Shown piece by piece: positions 18,796-28,340 of a stretch of 64,000 bases of DNA. The notes under the pieces were generated by a model. It was given only the letters and a program-made list of their open reading frames with translations. It did not search any database and was not told where the DNA came from. The stretch is taken from contig CBDCOX010000002.1 in NCBI GenBank assembly GCA_965219995.1, forward strand, positions 1,792,001 through 1,856,000, in the 5' to 3' direction. Both the position numbers and the translations under genes were made by a program. Position 1 is the first letter of the stretch, and every line of letters begins with the position of its first letter. Source of the stretch: Candidatus Latescibacterota bacterium (GTDB taxonomy: Bacteria; Latescibacterota; UBA2968; GCA-2709665).

Positions 18796-19602
18796 ATGTC
18801 CGAAATCGATCGCCTCGTCGATATTATGGAACGGCTCCGCGGCCCGGACGGTTGCCCCTGGGACCGTGAGCAGACGCACCAGAGCCTGAAGCCCTACTTG
18901 ATCGAAGAGGCCTACGAAGCCCTGGATGCCATCGACAGGGAAGACGACGAAGGTCTGAGGGACGAACTTGGCGACGTCCTCCTCCAAATCGTCTTCCACG
19001 CGCAACTGGCCCGGGAGAACGCCAGGTTCACGCTGGACGACGTGGCAGCGGCCACGACTGAGAAGCTCATTCGCAGACACCCGCATGTCTTCGGGAACGC
19101 CACCGCGAACACACCGGGACAGGTCGTCGAAAACTGGGAAGCCATCAAGTCGAGGGAAAAGCGGGGAAAGGGACTGAATCCTTCCATCCTCGGCGGCATA
19201 CCCCGGCAACTTCCCGCACTGCTCAGAGCACGGCGGATCCAGGAGCGGGCGGCCCGCTCCGGCTTCGACTGGACAAATACCGACGAGGTCGTCGACAAAG
19301 TGCGCGAGGAAGTGGATGAATTCCTCGAAGCGTGGCGAGGCGCCGACCGGCAGGGCGTGGAAGAAGAGATCGGCGACCTGCTTTTCTCTCTGGTCAACCT
19401 CGCCAGGTTCCTGAAGGTCTGTCCCGAAGACGCGCTTCGGAAGACGATCGGGAAATTCGAAAGTCGTTTTCGCTATATAGAACGAGAACTCGGCAAACAG
19501 GGCAAGGACCCGCAGGGCGCCAGCCTGGAAGAAATGGACAGGTTATGGGAAGCATCCAAGAAAACGGCGTCGAACGAAACCGCGGCCAATTCGGAACCAT
19601 GA
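18796..19602 (+). CDS. mazG: Nucleoside triphosphate pyrophosphohydrolase MazG
   Basis: LRGPDGCPWDREQT, EEAYE, ELGDVLLQ, KLIRRHPHVF, EEIGDLLFSLVN. Confidence 0.95.
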   Translation: MSEIDRLVDIMERLRGPDGCPWDREQTHQSLKPYLIEEAYEALDAIDREDDEGLRDELGDVLLQIVFHAQLARENARFTLDDVAAATTEKLIRRHPHVFGNATANTPGQVVENWEAIKSREKRGKGLNPSILGGIPRQLPALLRARRIQERAARSGFDWTNTDEVVDKVREEVDEFLEAWRGADRQGVEEEIGDLLFSLVNLARFLKVCPEDALRKTIGKFESRFRYIERELGKQGKDPQGASLEEMDRLWEASKKTASNETAANSEP

Positions 19603-19609
19603 CCCGTCC

Positions 19610-20599
19610 TTACGGATTCCGACCGGTCTCAACCCCCGCCACGCGTTCATACACCTGCACCGCGGCCATCAGATCCTGAATCGCCATTCCCGTGAAATAG
19701 GCAATCGCACCCCCGCCGCGACGGTCTTCCAGGCGGCCCAGCGCCGCGTCTCCAATCGTCCGGGGGCGTCCCGCACCGTCCGCGGCGAACCGGTCCCCGC
19801 CCAATCCGGCCAGCAGGAAGTCTCCCGATTTCAGGACCTGCTCCGGGTGATCCGCAACCACCTCCCGGCTGCGCAACAGCCCGGCGTCCAGTTGAGCCGT
19901 CCTCGGATCGCCCGCAATGACGGACAGATGTACCCTGTCTGCAACGTCTCTCCGCCCCAGAATCGGCCGGGGCGTGGGAACCGCCGTCAGAACGGCGTCT
20001 GCGCCGCTCAGGCAGTCGCTGATCCCGTTCGCGGCCCGCACGGTTGCATTCACCCCGGGTTGCAGGGAGGCGACAAACGCCTCGACGTTGGCGGGACTTC
20101 TGCTGGTCGCCCTGATTTCCCGCGGCTCAAGGGCGGCGTCGGCGCACAGGGCAAGCGCCCGGGCAATGCGACCGGTGCCTACAATCGCCAGCACCTCTGC
20201 GCTGGCGGCAAGATAGCGGACGCCCAGCGCGCCCGCAGCGCCCGTCCGCATATTGGTCAGATATTCCGCATCCAGTACGGCGCCCCGGCCCGTCGCGGCT
20301 TCTTCCAGTTCGATCACGGCGGTGCGCCCCGCAAGCCTCCCTGAAGACACGTCCGACCGCTCCACAATCACCTTCCTCGCGCGGTACCGCCCCGGCCACT
20401 CCGCGGGCATCTCCAGGCGAAACAGATCCGCGCCTTCCGTCCTTCGCACGTCTTCCCGTCGCGGCGGATTCAGCACCTCTCCCGACCCGTAGAGACGAAA
20501 CGCCCGGTCGCAGCTCTCGACAACGTCCTCAACGGACAGAATACCCGCTATTTCGGCATCTGAAATCTCCAATTTTTCTTCCAAGAGTCCGCCCTCCAT
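19610..20599 (-). CDS. Ornithine cyclodeaminase / mu-crystallin family protein (divergent)
   Basis: LTNMRTGAAG, IVGTGRIA Rossmann motif, TGMAIQDL. Confidence 0.8.
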   Translation of the reverse strand: MEGGLLEEKLEISDAEIAGILSVEDVVESCDRAFRLYGSGEVLNPPRREDVRRTEGADLFRLEMPAEWPGRYRARKVIVERSDVSSGRLAGRTAVIELEEAATGRGAVLDAEYLTNMRTGAAGALGVRYLAASAEVLAIVGTGRIARALALCADAALEPREIRATSRSPANVEAFVASLQPGVNATVRAANGISDCLSGADAVLTAVPTPRPILGRRDVADRVHLSVIAGDPRTAQLDAGLLRSREVVADHPEQVLKSGDFLLAGLGGDRFAADGAGRPRTIGDAALGRLEDRRGGGAIAYFTGMAIQDLMAAVQVYERVAGVETGRNP

Positions 20600-20800
20600 T
20601 GTGTGTGCCGGTATAGGGAACCCGTGCCCATTAACGTACGCGACCAGCGGCCATTAATGAAGCAAAAAAGTCGCCCAAGCCGCGAGATCCCGATCCGCTT
20701 CAAGCGCGGAAATTCGACTTGACGGGCTCTTACTCAGGCACAATATTGAAGATCCGTTTCCACGACATTCGACCCTCAAGGACCCGAAGCGAGGCATCTC

Positions 20801-21967
20801 ATGAAAATCACGGACGTCGAAACCTTCATTGCCGGCAACCCCTGGAAGAACTGGCTCTTTACCCGAGTACACACGGACGAGGGTGTTTACGGCGTCGGCG
20901 AGGGCACGGTCAACTTCATGGCCCGAACCGTCGAATCCGCCATTCACGAACTCAGACCGCAGTGGGAGGGTCAGGATCCGTTCCAGCCCGAACGGATTCT
21001 TCAGCGGATGTTCCGGGACGTGTACACCGACGGCGGCCAGATCCATAAACACGCGGCGGCGGCCATCGAAGTCGCATGCTGGGACATCATGGGCAAGTGC
21101 CTGAACAAACCCGTCTATCAACTGCTTGGCGGTCAGATGCGCGACAGGATCAGGGCCTACGCGAACGGCTGGTATCGCGGCCCACGGACGCCGGAGAATT
21201 TTCACGAGAAGGCGCAGGACGTGGTTCGCCGTGGGTATACGGCACTTAAGTTCGACCCGTTCGGGTCCGCCTACCAGATTACGGATCTGGATGACGAGGC
21301 GCTGGCCGTCGACATCATCGCGGCGGTGCGCGACGCCGTGGGACCCGGCGTGGACGTTCTCGTGGAAGGGCATTGCCGTTTCAGCACGTCCACCGCCCTC
21401 AAATTCGCCCGCAAGATGGAGCCGTACAATCCCACCTGGTTTGAGGAACCGACGCCTCACCACAAGATCGACGCCCTGACCCAGGTTGCGAGAGAATCGC
21501 CGGTACCCATCGCCACTGGGGAAAGCCTGCATACGAAATACCAATTCGCCGAACTGCTGAAACACGACGTCGTACACATCCTGCAGCCGGAACCACTGGC
21601 CTGCGGCGGTCTGTGGTCAACCCGCATGATATGCGATATGGTCGACGCGCACTACGGCGTGGTTGCGCCGCACGACGCGCAGGGCCCGGTCTGTACCGCC
21701 ATCTGCCTCCAACTGGCAGCCTGTACCCCCAATCATTTCATACAGGAGACCTTCGACGAATTCAACGTGGCGTGGGAACGAGACCTGGTTACGGGCGAAA
21801 GCTACGACGTCGTCGACGGCTGGTTCAGCGTGCCAACCGCACCCGGCCTGGGCATCGATCTCAACGTCGATGAGATTCGCAAACATCCCTATTCCGTGAA
21901 CAACCATCTGCCGCTCTTCAGGGACGGCTGGGAACGCCGTGTTTCCCAGGAGGAAGTGACGTCATGA
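20801..21967 (+). CDS. Mandelate racemase/muconate lactonizing enolase family (galactonate dehydratase-like)
   Basis: WDIMGK...PVYQLLGG, YANGW, KFDPF, EGH, WFEEP, ATGE. Confidence 0.88.
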   Translation: MKITDVETFIAGNPWKNWLFTRVHTDEGVYGVGEGTVNFMARTVESAIHELRPQWEGQDPFQPERILQRMFRDVYTDGGQIHKHAAAAIEVACWDIMGKCLNKPVYQLLGGQMRDRIRAYANGWYRGPRTPENFHEKAQDVVRRGYTALKFDPFGSAYQITDLDDEALAVDIIAAVRDAVGPGVDVLVEGHCRFSTSTALKFARKMEPYNPTWFEEPTPHHKIDALTQVARESPVPIATGESLHTKYQFAELLKHDVVHILQPEPLACGGLWSTRMICDMVDAHYGVVAPHDAQGPVCTAICLQLAACTPNHFIQETFDEFNVAWERDLVTGESYDVVDGWFSVPTAPGLGIDLNVDEIRKHPYSVNNHLPLFRDGWERRVSQEEVTS

Positions 21968-23334
21968 ACGTCGTCTTCATCGTACTCGACAGCTTCCGTC
22001 AGGATCACGTAAGCCTGTATCATCGCGGCGTTGCGCCTTTTTCAGGCGTCGACGCCTGCAACACGCCCAATATCGACGAATTCGCGCGGGAATCGGTGGT
22101 GTTCGAAAACGCGTATCCGGAAGCCCTGCCCACCATTCCGATTCGCTGCCAGCTGATGACCGGGCAGCGCACGCTGCACAACCGCGGCTGGCAACCACTC
22201 ACCCCGGAAGACGTGCACGTCGCCCAGATCCTCTCCGGGGAGGACTACGTCTGCGGCCTCGTCACGGATACGTACCACTATCGCGCACCCGGGATGAATT
22301 ACCACCGGAACTTCGCCTCGTACGACTGGATCCGTGGCCAGGAATACGATCCCTGGATCTCAGCGCCGACCCGTCGCAATATCGAGGACTACGTCAATGG
22401 AAACTACCCCGATACCTGGCGCCGGCGCATCTCGCAGTTCCTGGCCAATACCGACGGCTTCCACTCGGCCGAAGACGAATTTGCGTGGAAAGTGGTCGAC
22501 AGCGCCGTCGACTGGCTCGACGCCAACCGGTCGCACGGGAACGTGATGCTCTGGGTGGATTCGTTCGACCCCCACGAACCCTGGAATCCGGTGCCGGAAT
22601 TCGACACCTACACCGATCCCGCCTATCGGGGGCCCCGGCTCATTATGCCTATGGGCGGACCATCCGAAGACTGGGCATCTTCCGACGAGATCTCCCAGAT
22701 ACAGGGTCTCTACGCGGGCGAATGCGCCTTTGTGGACCACTGCCTCGGGCGGCTCTTCGAGGCCCTGAGAAACCTTGGATATTACGACGACAGCGTCATA
22801 TTTCTGCTGGCCGACCACGGACATCCTTTGAACGACCACGGGAAGTTCCTGAAGGGCGCGGACCGGATGTACAGCGAATTGCTCAAGGTCCCGTTCATGG
22901 TCAGATTGCCGGGAGGGAGACACGGGGGTCGACGGACGCCCGCGATCGTACAGTACCAGGACGTGCTGCCCACCCTCCTCGACGCGCTCGGCCTGCACGG
23001 CAACAACGACGCGATGGCGGGCCGCAGCTTCATGCCCGTGCTCACCGGAGACGCGGACGAACACCGGCGGGCGATGATCACCGGTTACCACGGCGGAATC
23101 GACCGCTGCACCCGCGACGAGACCTGGAGTTATATCCAGCGCCCTGCGGGCGAACCCGACGAACTGTACCATCTTCCGGACGACCCGAAGGAAGAAGACA
23201 ACCTCATCGACGATCATCCCAACGAGGCTCTGCGCCTGGCGGGCGCGTTCGGAAAGGCGTTCAAGCGCACGTCCTCGAACGTGGTCAAAGGGGTACAGGG
23301 GGAATATGAGATGGCCTCGTCGAGCATCGAATGA
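21964..23334 (+). CDS. Sulfatase-like hydrolase
   Basis: IVLDSFRQDH, PTIPIRCQLMTG, DSFDPHEPW, ADHGH; ATGA overlap with the enolase gene. Confidence 0.85.
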   Translation: MNVVFIVLDSFRQDHVSLYHRGVAPFSGVDACNTPNIDEFARESVVFENAYPEALPTIPIRCQLMTGQRTLHNRGWQPLTPEDVHVAQILSGEDYVCGLVTDTYHYRAPGMNYHRNFASYDWIRGQEYDPWISAPTRRNIEDYVNGNYPDTWRRRISQFLANTDGFHSAEDEFAWKVVDSAVDWLDANRSHGNVMLWVDSFDPHEPWNPVPEFDTYTDPAYRGPRLIMPMGGPSEDWASSDEISQIQGLYAGECAFVDHCLGRLFEALRNLGYYDDSVIFLLADHGHPLNDHGKFLKGADRMYSELLKVPFMVRLPGGRHGGRRTPAIVQYQDVLPTLLDALGLHGNNDAMAGRSFMPVLTGDADEHRRAMITGYHGGIDRCTRDETWSYIQRPAGEPDELYHLPDDPKEEDNLIDDHPNEALRLAGAFGKAFKRTSSNVVKGVQGEYEMASSSIE

Positions 23335-23449
23335 AGCGAGACCCCGGAGTCCATGCCCGAGCCGGTGACCTGATGTCGCCGAAATGTCCCCAAAGGCGCC
23401 GCGCCCGAGGTCACCGGTCGATTTTTTCACGACAGATAAAGGAGACCCC

Positions 23450-24190
23450 GTGAAGAATCCCGTGAAAGCGAAACTCATGAGGGGCGAGTTGTCTCTCGGC
23501 GGTTGGCTGAATCTGGGTTCCCCGCTGGCCGCGGAACTCATGGCCGCCGCCGGTTACGAGTGGCTGGCTATTGACGCGGAACACTCGCCGTTTGACATCC
23601 CCCTGATCGCGGATACGTTCCGGGCCGTCGAAGCCCGGGGCGCCGTGCCCTTCGTCCGCGCCTGGGACCACGATCCCGTATCCCTTGCCCGCATCCTGGA
23701 CGCCGGCGCCTACGGCATCATCGTGCCCCACGTCAGCACGCCCCGCCAGGCGGAAGCACTGGTGCAGGCCATGCGCTATCCGCCGGAGGGCGCCCGCTCC
23801 GCCGGTACGGGCAGGGTGGCGGTCTATGGCGACGAATATCGACGGAACGCCAACGATGCGGTGATGATCGTACCCCAGATTGAAGATATGGAGGGAATCA
23901 ACAACACGGAAGCCATCATGTGCGTGGAGGGCATCGACGCGGGTTTCCTCGGACCCGGCGACCTTGCCCTTTCCATGGGCGTGAATCGAGGCCACCCGGA
24001 CCACGAGAAGGCCATCCAGACGTTCGCGTCGGGATGCAGGAACGCCGGCAAACCCTATGGGATGCCCGAGCGCGACCTGGACATCGTCAGGAAACGCATA
24101 CGGGAGGGGTTCACGTTCATGGACGTCGCCAGCGACCTGCGAACCCTCGAAGCCGGCGTGCATCAGGCGCTGGCCGAACTCAGGAGATGA
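23450..24190 (+). CDS. HpcH/HpaI class II aldolase
   Basis: WLAIDAEHS, ILDAGAYGIIVPHV, YPPEGAR, PQIE, FLGPGDL; GTG start after AAGGAG. Confidence 0.88.
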   Translation: MKNPVKAKLMRGELSLGGWLNLGSPLAAELMAAAGYEWLAIDAEHSPFDIPLIADTFRAVEARGAVPFVRAWDHDPVSLARILDAGAYGIIVPHVSTPRQAEALVQAMRYPPEGARSAGTGRVAVYGDEYRRNANDAVMIVPQIEDMEGINNTEAIMCVEGIDAGFLGPGDLALSMGVNRGHPDHEKAIQTFASGCRNAGKPYGMPERDLDIVRKRIREGFTFMDVASDLRTLEAGVHQALAELRR

Positions 24191-24207
24191 CAGCTCCGAG
24201 GGCGGCG

Positions 24208-24427
24208 GCTTGAAGCAAGAACGAAAATCATCATTAAAGGTCAAATTCAACGTCCACATCTCCCCAAATCCCCTAAAGGCGGGGAGACGTGAGACGTGAG
24301 ATGACATGAGTGCCCTACGGTTTTTCTCGTCGTTACCATATTCGGTAAAGAAACAGGCACGGTTAGCGTGAAAACACCGTGGTGACGTTATCATCTACCG
24401 TCTACCGTCTCACGTCTCACCGGTTTT
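24208..24427. repeat. Structured hairpin repeat, copy B, with 5' leader
   Basis: GCTTGAAGCAAGA..CCCTAAAGGCGG GAGACGTGAGACGTGAG..ATGAGTGCC-41 nt-GGCACGG..CGTCTCACGTCTCACCG. Confidence 0.8.
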
Positions 24428-24652
24428 ACAATAGTCGCCGCTGGGCGCGGGGCCTGCCATATGCACAGCGCGAACCCCCTCGCAGGATGCACGTAGCCCT
24501 CTGCCCTGACACCCTCGATGGCACATCAAACCCCGTTGCTGGACGGATCAGCGCGCTCTGCTCCGGTAGTCCTCCGGTCAGGATATCCCTTCGTAGTCCG
24601 ATTGGCGTCTGGATGATGAGAGCATCCGTTGGCAATCAGATCTCAGCCGTCA

Positions 24653-25038
24653 GCTTGAAGCAAGATCGAAAATCAACGTCAGATCCAACATCTACATCTG
24701 CCCAAATTCCCTAAAGGCGGTGAGAGGGGAGACGGGAGACGTTAGAAGACATGAGTGCCCGCTAGTTTTCCTGGCCGTAACGAAGAGGGCGAAAAATCCG
24801 GCACGGGAAACCTCGAAACACTGTTGTGTCAATCTCAAGATCAAGGCCACATGATCTAATATGGCGTTCCGGCGCTATCCCTTTTTGACTTCGCGCCGCG
24901 TTAGGTGACAAGGTCTTTCGTCTATCGTCTCACGGCTTTTGTCGCCTGCCCCGTGCGGTTTCATTTCTTGCCGGAGGCATAAGAGAGAAACCAATCGGGC
25001 AAGGATGTCATCTACCGTCTACCGTCTCACCGCCTTTG
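24653..25038. repeat. Structured hairpin repeat, copy C plus partial copy D
   Basis: Same leader and core as copy B; perfect 13 bp inverted repeat AAAGGCGGTGAGA (24713-24725) / TCTCACCGCCTTT (25025-25037). Confidence 0.75.
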
Positions 25039-25154
25039 TATAGATTCAGCGTCCAGGTCTTCCGGAGCTCAATGACCACAAATCGGCAGGCAGAACAGGC
25101 GAACGGCCTGTATTTTTTCGTCCCGTTCCGAATGGAATAATTTTAAAGTATATA

Positions 25155-25183
25155 TTGACAAACAATCTATTTATATGTATATT
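25155..25183 (+). promoter_or_regulatory. Sigma70 promoter in a very AT-rich tract upstream of the DUF2089 operon
   Basis: TTGACA-17 bp-TATATT. Confidence 0.65.
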
Positions 25184-25223
25184 ATTTATATAACTATTAA
25201 TAATATTAAATAGAGAATACATA

Positions 25224-25508
25224 ATGTCAAAAAACACGTTGCCGATACAGTGCCCCAGCTGCGATCGTGATTTGCACGTTGTCCGGCTCGGATGCGATCA
25301 TTGCGGTACCGCCGTGGAGGGCTGCTTCGCGCTCCCGGTCCTGACGCGCCTGGATCCCGGTGACCGTCTGCTGATCCTGAATCTGGTCAAGGCAAGCGGA
25401 AACCTCAAAGATCTGGTCCGGCTCTACGGCGTCTCCTATCCGACCGTTCGCAACCGCCTCGACGCGCTGATCGAGAAGATCAACAAGATAGAAGCCGGCA
25501 AGGGGTAG
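25224..25508 (+). CDS. DUF2089 family protein (zinc ribbon + HTH)
   Basis: CPSC...LGCDHCGTAVEG, SGNLKDL...VSYPTVRNRLD. Confidence 0.9.
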   Translation: MSKNTLPIQCPSCDRDLHVVRLGCDHCGTAVEGCFALPVLTRLDPGDRLLILNLVKASGNLKDLVRLYGVSYPTVRNRLDALIEKINKIEAGKG

Positions 25509-25530
25509 TGTCCATTGCAGGGAGGTCGGA

Positions 25531-26199
25531 ATGGAGAACTCGGAAGGCAAAGCCCGGAATGACCTGAAGACATGGTTGTTCAACCCCTTTCACTACGTCG
25601 CCGGAGGCACGGCTCTGGGCATCGGGCTTGGGGTGATGCTGGTCGCCAGCCTCGTTGGCGCGGCCACGAATTACCACTTCGACGGTGTCATAGACCTGCA
25701 TTCGGGCCCTGCGGCGCCGGCGTGGGTATTCGTCTCCGAAAACCTGATCAACTGGCTTGTCATGGGAATTCTGCTCTATTGCGCGGGGCGGCTGATATCG
25801 AAGAGCCGCATCCGCCCGCTGGACGTCTTCGGCACCCAGGCAATGGCGCGGGTACCGATGGCGATTACCCTGTTTTGCGTGCTCCTCCCGGGCTTCCAGC
25901 GGGTTACGGACCACCTCGCCGGACAGTTGCAGCAGGGCCCCGGCCGGTTCCGGTCCGACCCCTCCGGGAGCGCGCTATCGTCCTTCACGCAGGTCGCATC
26001 GCTCGACCTCGCTGTTTTCGTCGTGGGCGTCATTCTGGCGCTGTTTCTGCTGATCTGGATGGTCCTGCTGATGTACCGCGCGTTCGCGGTTGCCTGCAAC
26101 GTGAGCGGCGGCAAGGCCATCGGCCTTTTCGTGGGCGCCATCCTGATTGGAGAAGCCCTGTCCAAACTGCTCATCGGCGCTCTCCTGTCCGAAATATGA
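25531..26199 (+). CDS. Integral membrane protein (Yip1-like)
   Basis: WLFNPFHYVAG, about 5 hydrophobic segments, GGAGG RBS. Confidence 0.7.
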   Translation: MENSEGKARNDLKTWLFNPFHYVAGGTALGIGLGVMLVASLVGAATNYHFDGVIDLHSGPAAPAWVFVSENLINWLVMGILLYCAGRLISKSRIRPLDVFGTQAMARVPMAITLFCVLLPGFQRVTDHLAGQLQQGPGRFRSDPSGSALSSFTQVASLDLAVFVVGVILALFLLIWMVLLMYRAFAVACNVSGGKAIGLFVGAILIGEALSKLLIGALLSEI

Positions 26200-26296
26200 A
26201 ACTCGCCGTTCCAGAAACCCGGTACGGCGAGCCCTTGCGCCCATCACTATGTACCCGCCGGATGGCCCCTCAGTTGGCCATCCAATACTCCATGCG

Positions 26297-27508
26297 TCAG
26301 AACATATTCCCTTCCGCGCGACTGCTCCCGCCACGTATCACAACAGGTTCCCGCATCCCCACGCACATGTTCCCGATCGCCAGATTGTAATCGCTGGCTC
26401 CACTTTCCACGATGCCGTCGGTCTGCGTGGGTTCCGCCTGATCGTCTGCACAACGATTGCCCTGCACAATCGTCCGCTCCAGGTCGTGAAGCCGGATCCC
26501 GGGCCAGCGACCGGACGCCTCCTGCGAATTGCTCAGAAGCAGGTTTCCGGAAACCACCTGCTCCTCGCCCCGGTTGGCGTCGATTCCGCAACGCCCGTTG
26601 TACGCGCAGACATTGTCGCTGATCACGTTATGATGGTCGCCGCCGTTCGCCACCCCGCCGATCCCGTTCTGAAGGTTCTTTGAAAACACGCTGTCACTGC
26701 ATACCGTATGGTGCACGCGGGCGCAGAAGAAAAAGCCGTCGCCGCCGTTGCCTTCCGCGATGTTGTGCGACCAGACGCTCGCGCGGAGCGCCGTACCGGG
26801 GTGAAATCCGTGTCCGCGGCAGCCGTGGGCCTGGCACTGCATCACCTGGACGTCGCTGCCGCGCTGAATACCGATCCCGTCGCTCGGCCAGCCCGAAACC
26901 GTGCAGTTCACCACCCGCACCCGCCGGCATGCCACCAGATGGACCGCGGCATAGGTGAAATCCCACCACGGCCCCCGGTAATTCTCCGGACCTCGTATGG
27001 TGAGGTCCCGAATCTCGATATCCCGCTCATCCAGCGCGTGGACCGCCGGGAACAGCCGGACGGCCCGCGCGTTATCCGACGTGTTCAACGCCCGTTCCAG
27101 CGGCACGCTCAGCCGCACCCGAGACCCGTTTCGCGCCTGAACGACGCCGTGCGTACCGTGCCAGCCATATTGCCGATCGTCGCAAATTCCAACGGCGTCG
27201 CCCACCTCGAATGGCGGAAGCGCGCTGCATTCGACCTCGTGATCGCCCTCGCGCGCGTCTTTGTTCAGGGCAACGGATTCCGGTGGACGGATCGCCAGAA
27301 CGGTCGCCGGGCCGTCGCCGACGAGACTCACGCATCGGGGCACAACCACGGACTGCCGCAGGAGATAGGTGCCCGCCGGAACGCGGACCCGTCCTCCCGC
27401 CGGCGACAGAGAAGCGATCGCCTCGGCAATCCCCGCCGTCGGGGATTCCGGATCGTAAAAATCCGCAGCATTGACTTCGGACTGCCGTGCCGGCGACCCC
27501 GACATCAC
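26297..27508 (-). CDS. Right-handed parallel beta-helix (pectin lyase-like) protein
   Basis: GGRVRVPAGTY and repeated N-x-x-x-G-I / SDNVC / SGN / QGN coils. Confidence 0.8.
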   Translation of the reverse strand: MMSGSPARQSEVNAADFYDPESPTAGIAEAIASLSPAGGRVRVPAGTYLLRQSVVVPRCVSLVGDGPATVLAIRPPESVALNKDAREGDHEVECSALPPFEVGDAVGICDDRQYGWHGTHGVVQARNGSRVRLSVPLERALNTSDNARAVRLFPAVHALDERDIEIRDLTIRGPENYRGPWWDFTYAAVHLVACRRVRVVNCTVSGWPSDGIGIQRGSDVQVMQCQAHGCRGHGFHPGTALRASVWSHNIAEGNGGDGFFFCARVHHTVCSDSVFSKNLQNGIGGVANGGDHHNVISDNVCAYNGRCGIDANRGEEQVVSGNLLLSNSQEASGRWPGIRLHDLERTIVQGNRCADDQAEPTQTDGIVESGASDYNLAIGNMCVGMREPVVIRGGSSRAEGNMF

Positions 27509-27545
27509 ACGCTCCCCGCAATACAGGCGACCCGCGCCGCGACGG

Positions 27546-28274
27546 CTACGCCGCCGGCGGTTCCAGAAATACCGTCACGCCCATATCGGCGAATTTCGAC
27601 CGCTCTTCCGCCGATCCGATCCGGTGGCACACGGCCGCGCCGGTACCCTGGAGGGACTTCGCCACGTAGGCCACGGCGTCATCCACCGACTTCAGCGCGT
27701 GATTGGGGTGCGCCCTCAGGTTGAACGTCAGATCGGTGGGTCCGAACGAGAGGCAATCCACCCCGGGCCGGGCCAGAAAATGCGCCCGGGTCGCGGCCTC
27801 TACCGATTCGATCTGCAGCCACAACACCCCGTATGCGTTCCACCAGTCCGCATATTCGAAGGGATCGGAGATCGCCGAAGCCCCACGCCGGGAACGGCCG
27901 CCGATGCTCCGGATCCCCGCCTGCGGAAAATAGAACGCGTTGACCGCCTCAATCGCGGTCTCATCCGTCTCCGTCTGAGGGACCTCCACGCCGCACGGCC
28001 CGAGATCCAGGTAATTCCCGATCAGGTACGCGTTCCTGGTGTGTTTGATGCGAAACTGGACGAACACGTCCAGTTCCTCCGCGATTCCGCAGAATTCCTC
28101 AAGCCGCTCTTCGTTAAGCGCCGAATGCTGGCTGTCGGCGGATACGAAGTCGTACGGACCGCTATCCATCACCTGCAGGAATCGCTCCCGCGTGGCGTCC
28201 AGAGGCAGCATCGTGCCCACAATCTGCTCGCCATCGCGTATCCGTTTCTTCAGGCCAATGGCATTTTCGAACAT
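27546..28274 (-). CDS. HpcH/HpaI aldolase/citrate lyase family protein
   Basis: YLDLGP..VPQTE, YFPQAGIRS, LQIES, FGPTDL. Confidence 0.8.
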   Translation of the reverse strand: MFENAIGLKKRIRDGEQIVGTMLPLDATRERFLQVMDSGPYDFVSADSQHSALNEERLEEFCGIAEELDVFVQFRIKHTRNAYLIGNYLDLGPCGVEVPQTETDETAIEAVNAFYFPQAGIRSIGGRSRRGASAISDPFEYADWWNAYGVLWLQIESVEAATRAHFLARPGVDCLSFGPTDLTFNLRAHPNHALKSVDDAVAYVAKSLQGTGAAVCHRIGSAEERSKFADMGVTVFLEPPAA

Positions 28275-28340
28275 AGGTCCCTCCACGTGCGCCTGGAGTC
28301 GCGCTTCAGAGTACAAGTTCGGCAAAACGTACGGGATTTC

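Noticed and set aside
24426-24635. 69 aa minus-strand ORF between repeats B and C
   Set aside because: TTG start, no RBS and no recognisable motif; not supportable as a gene.
24208-25038. Possible CRISPR array
   Set aside because: The repeats are long and degenerate with irregular spacing, and there are no cas genes.
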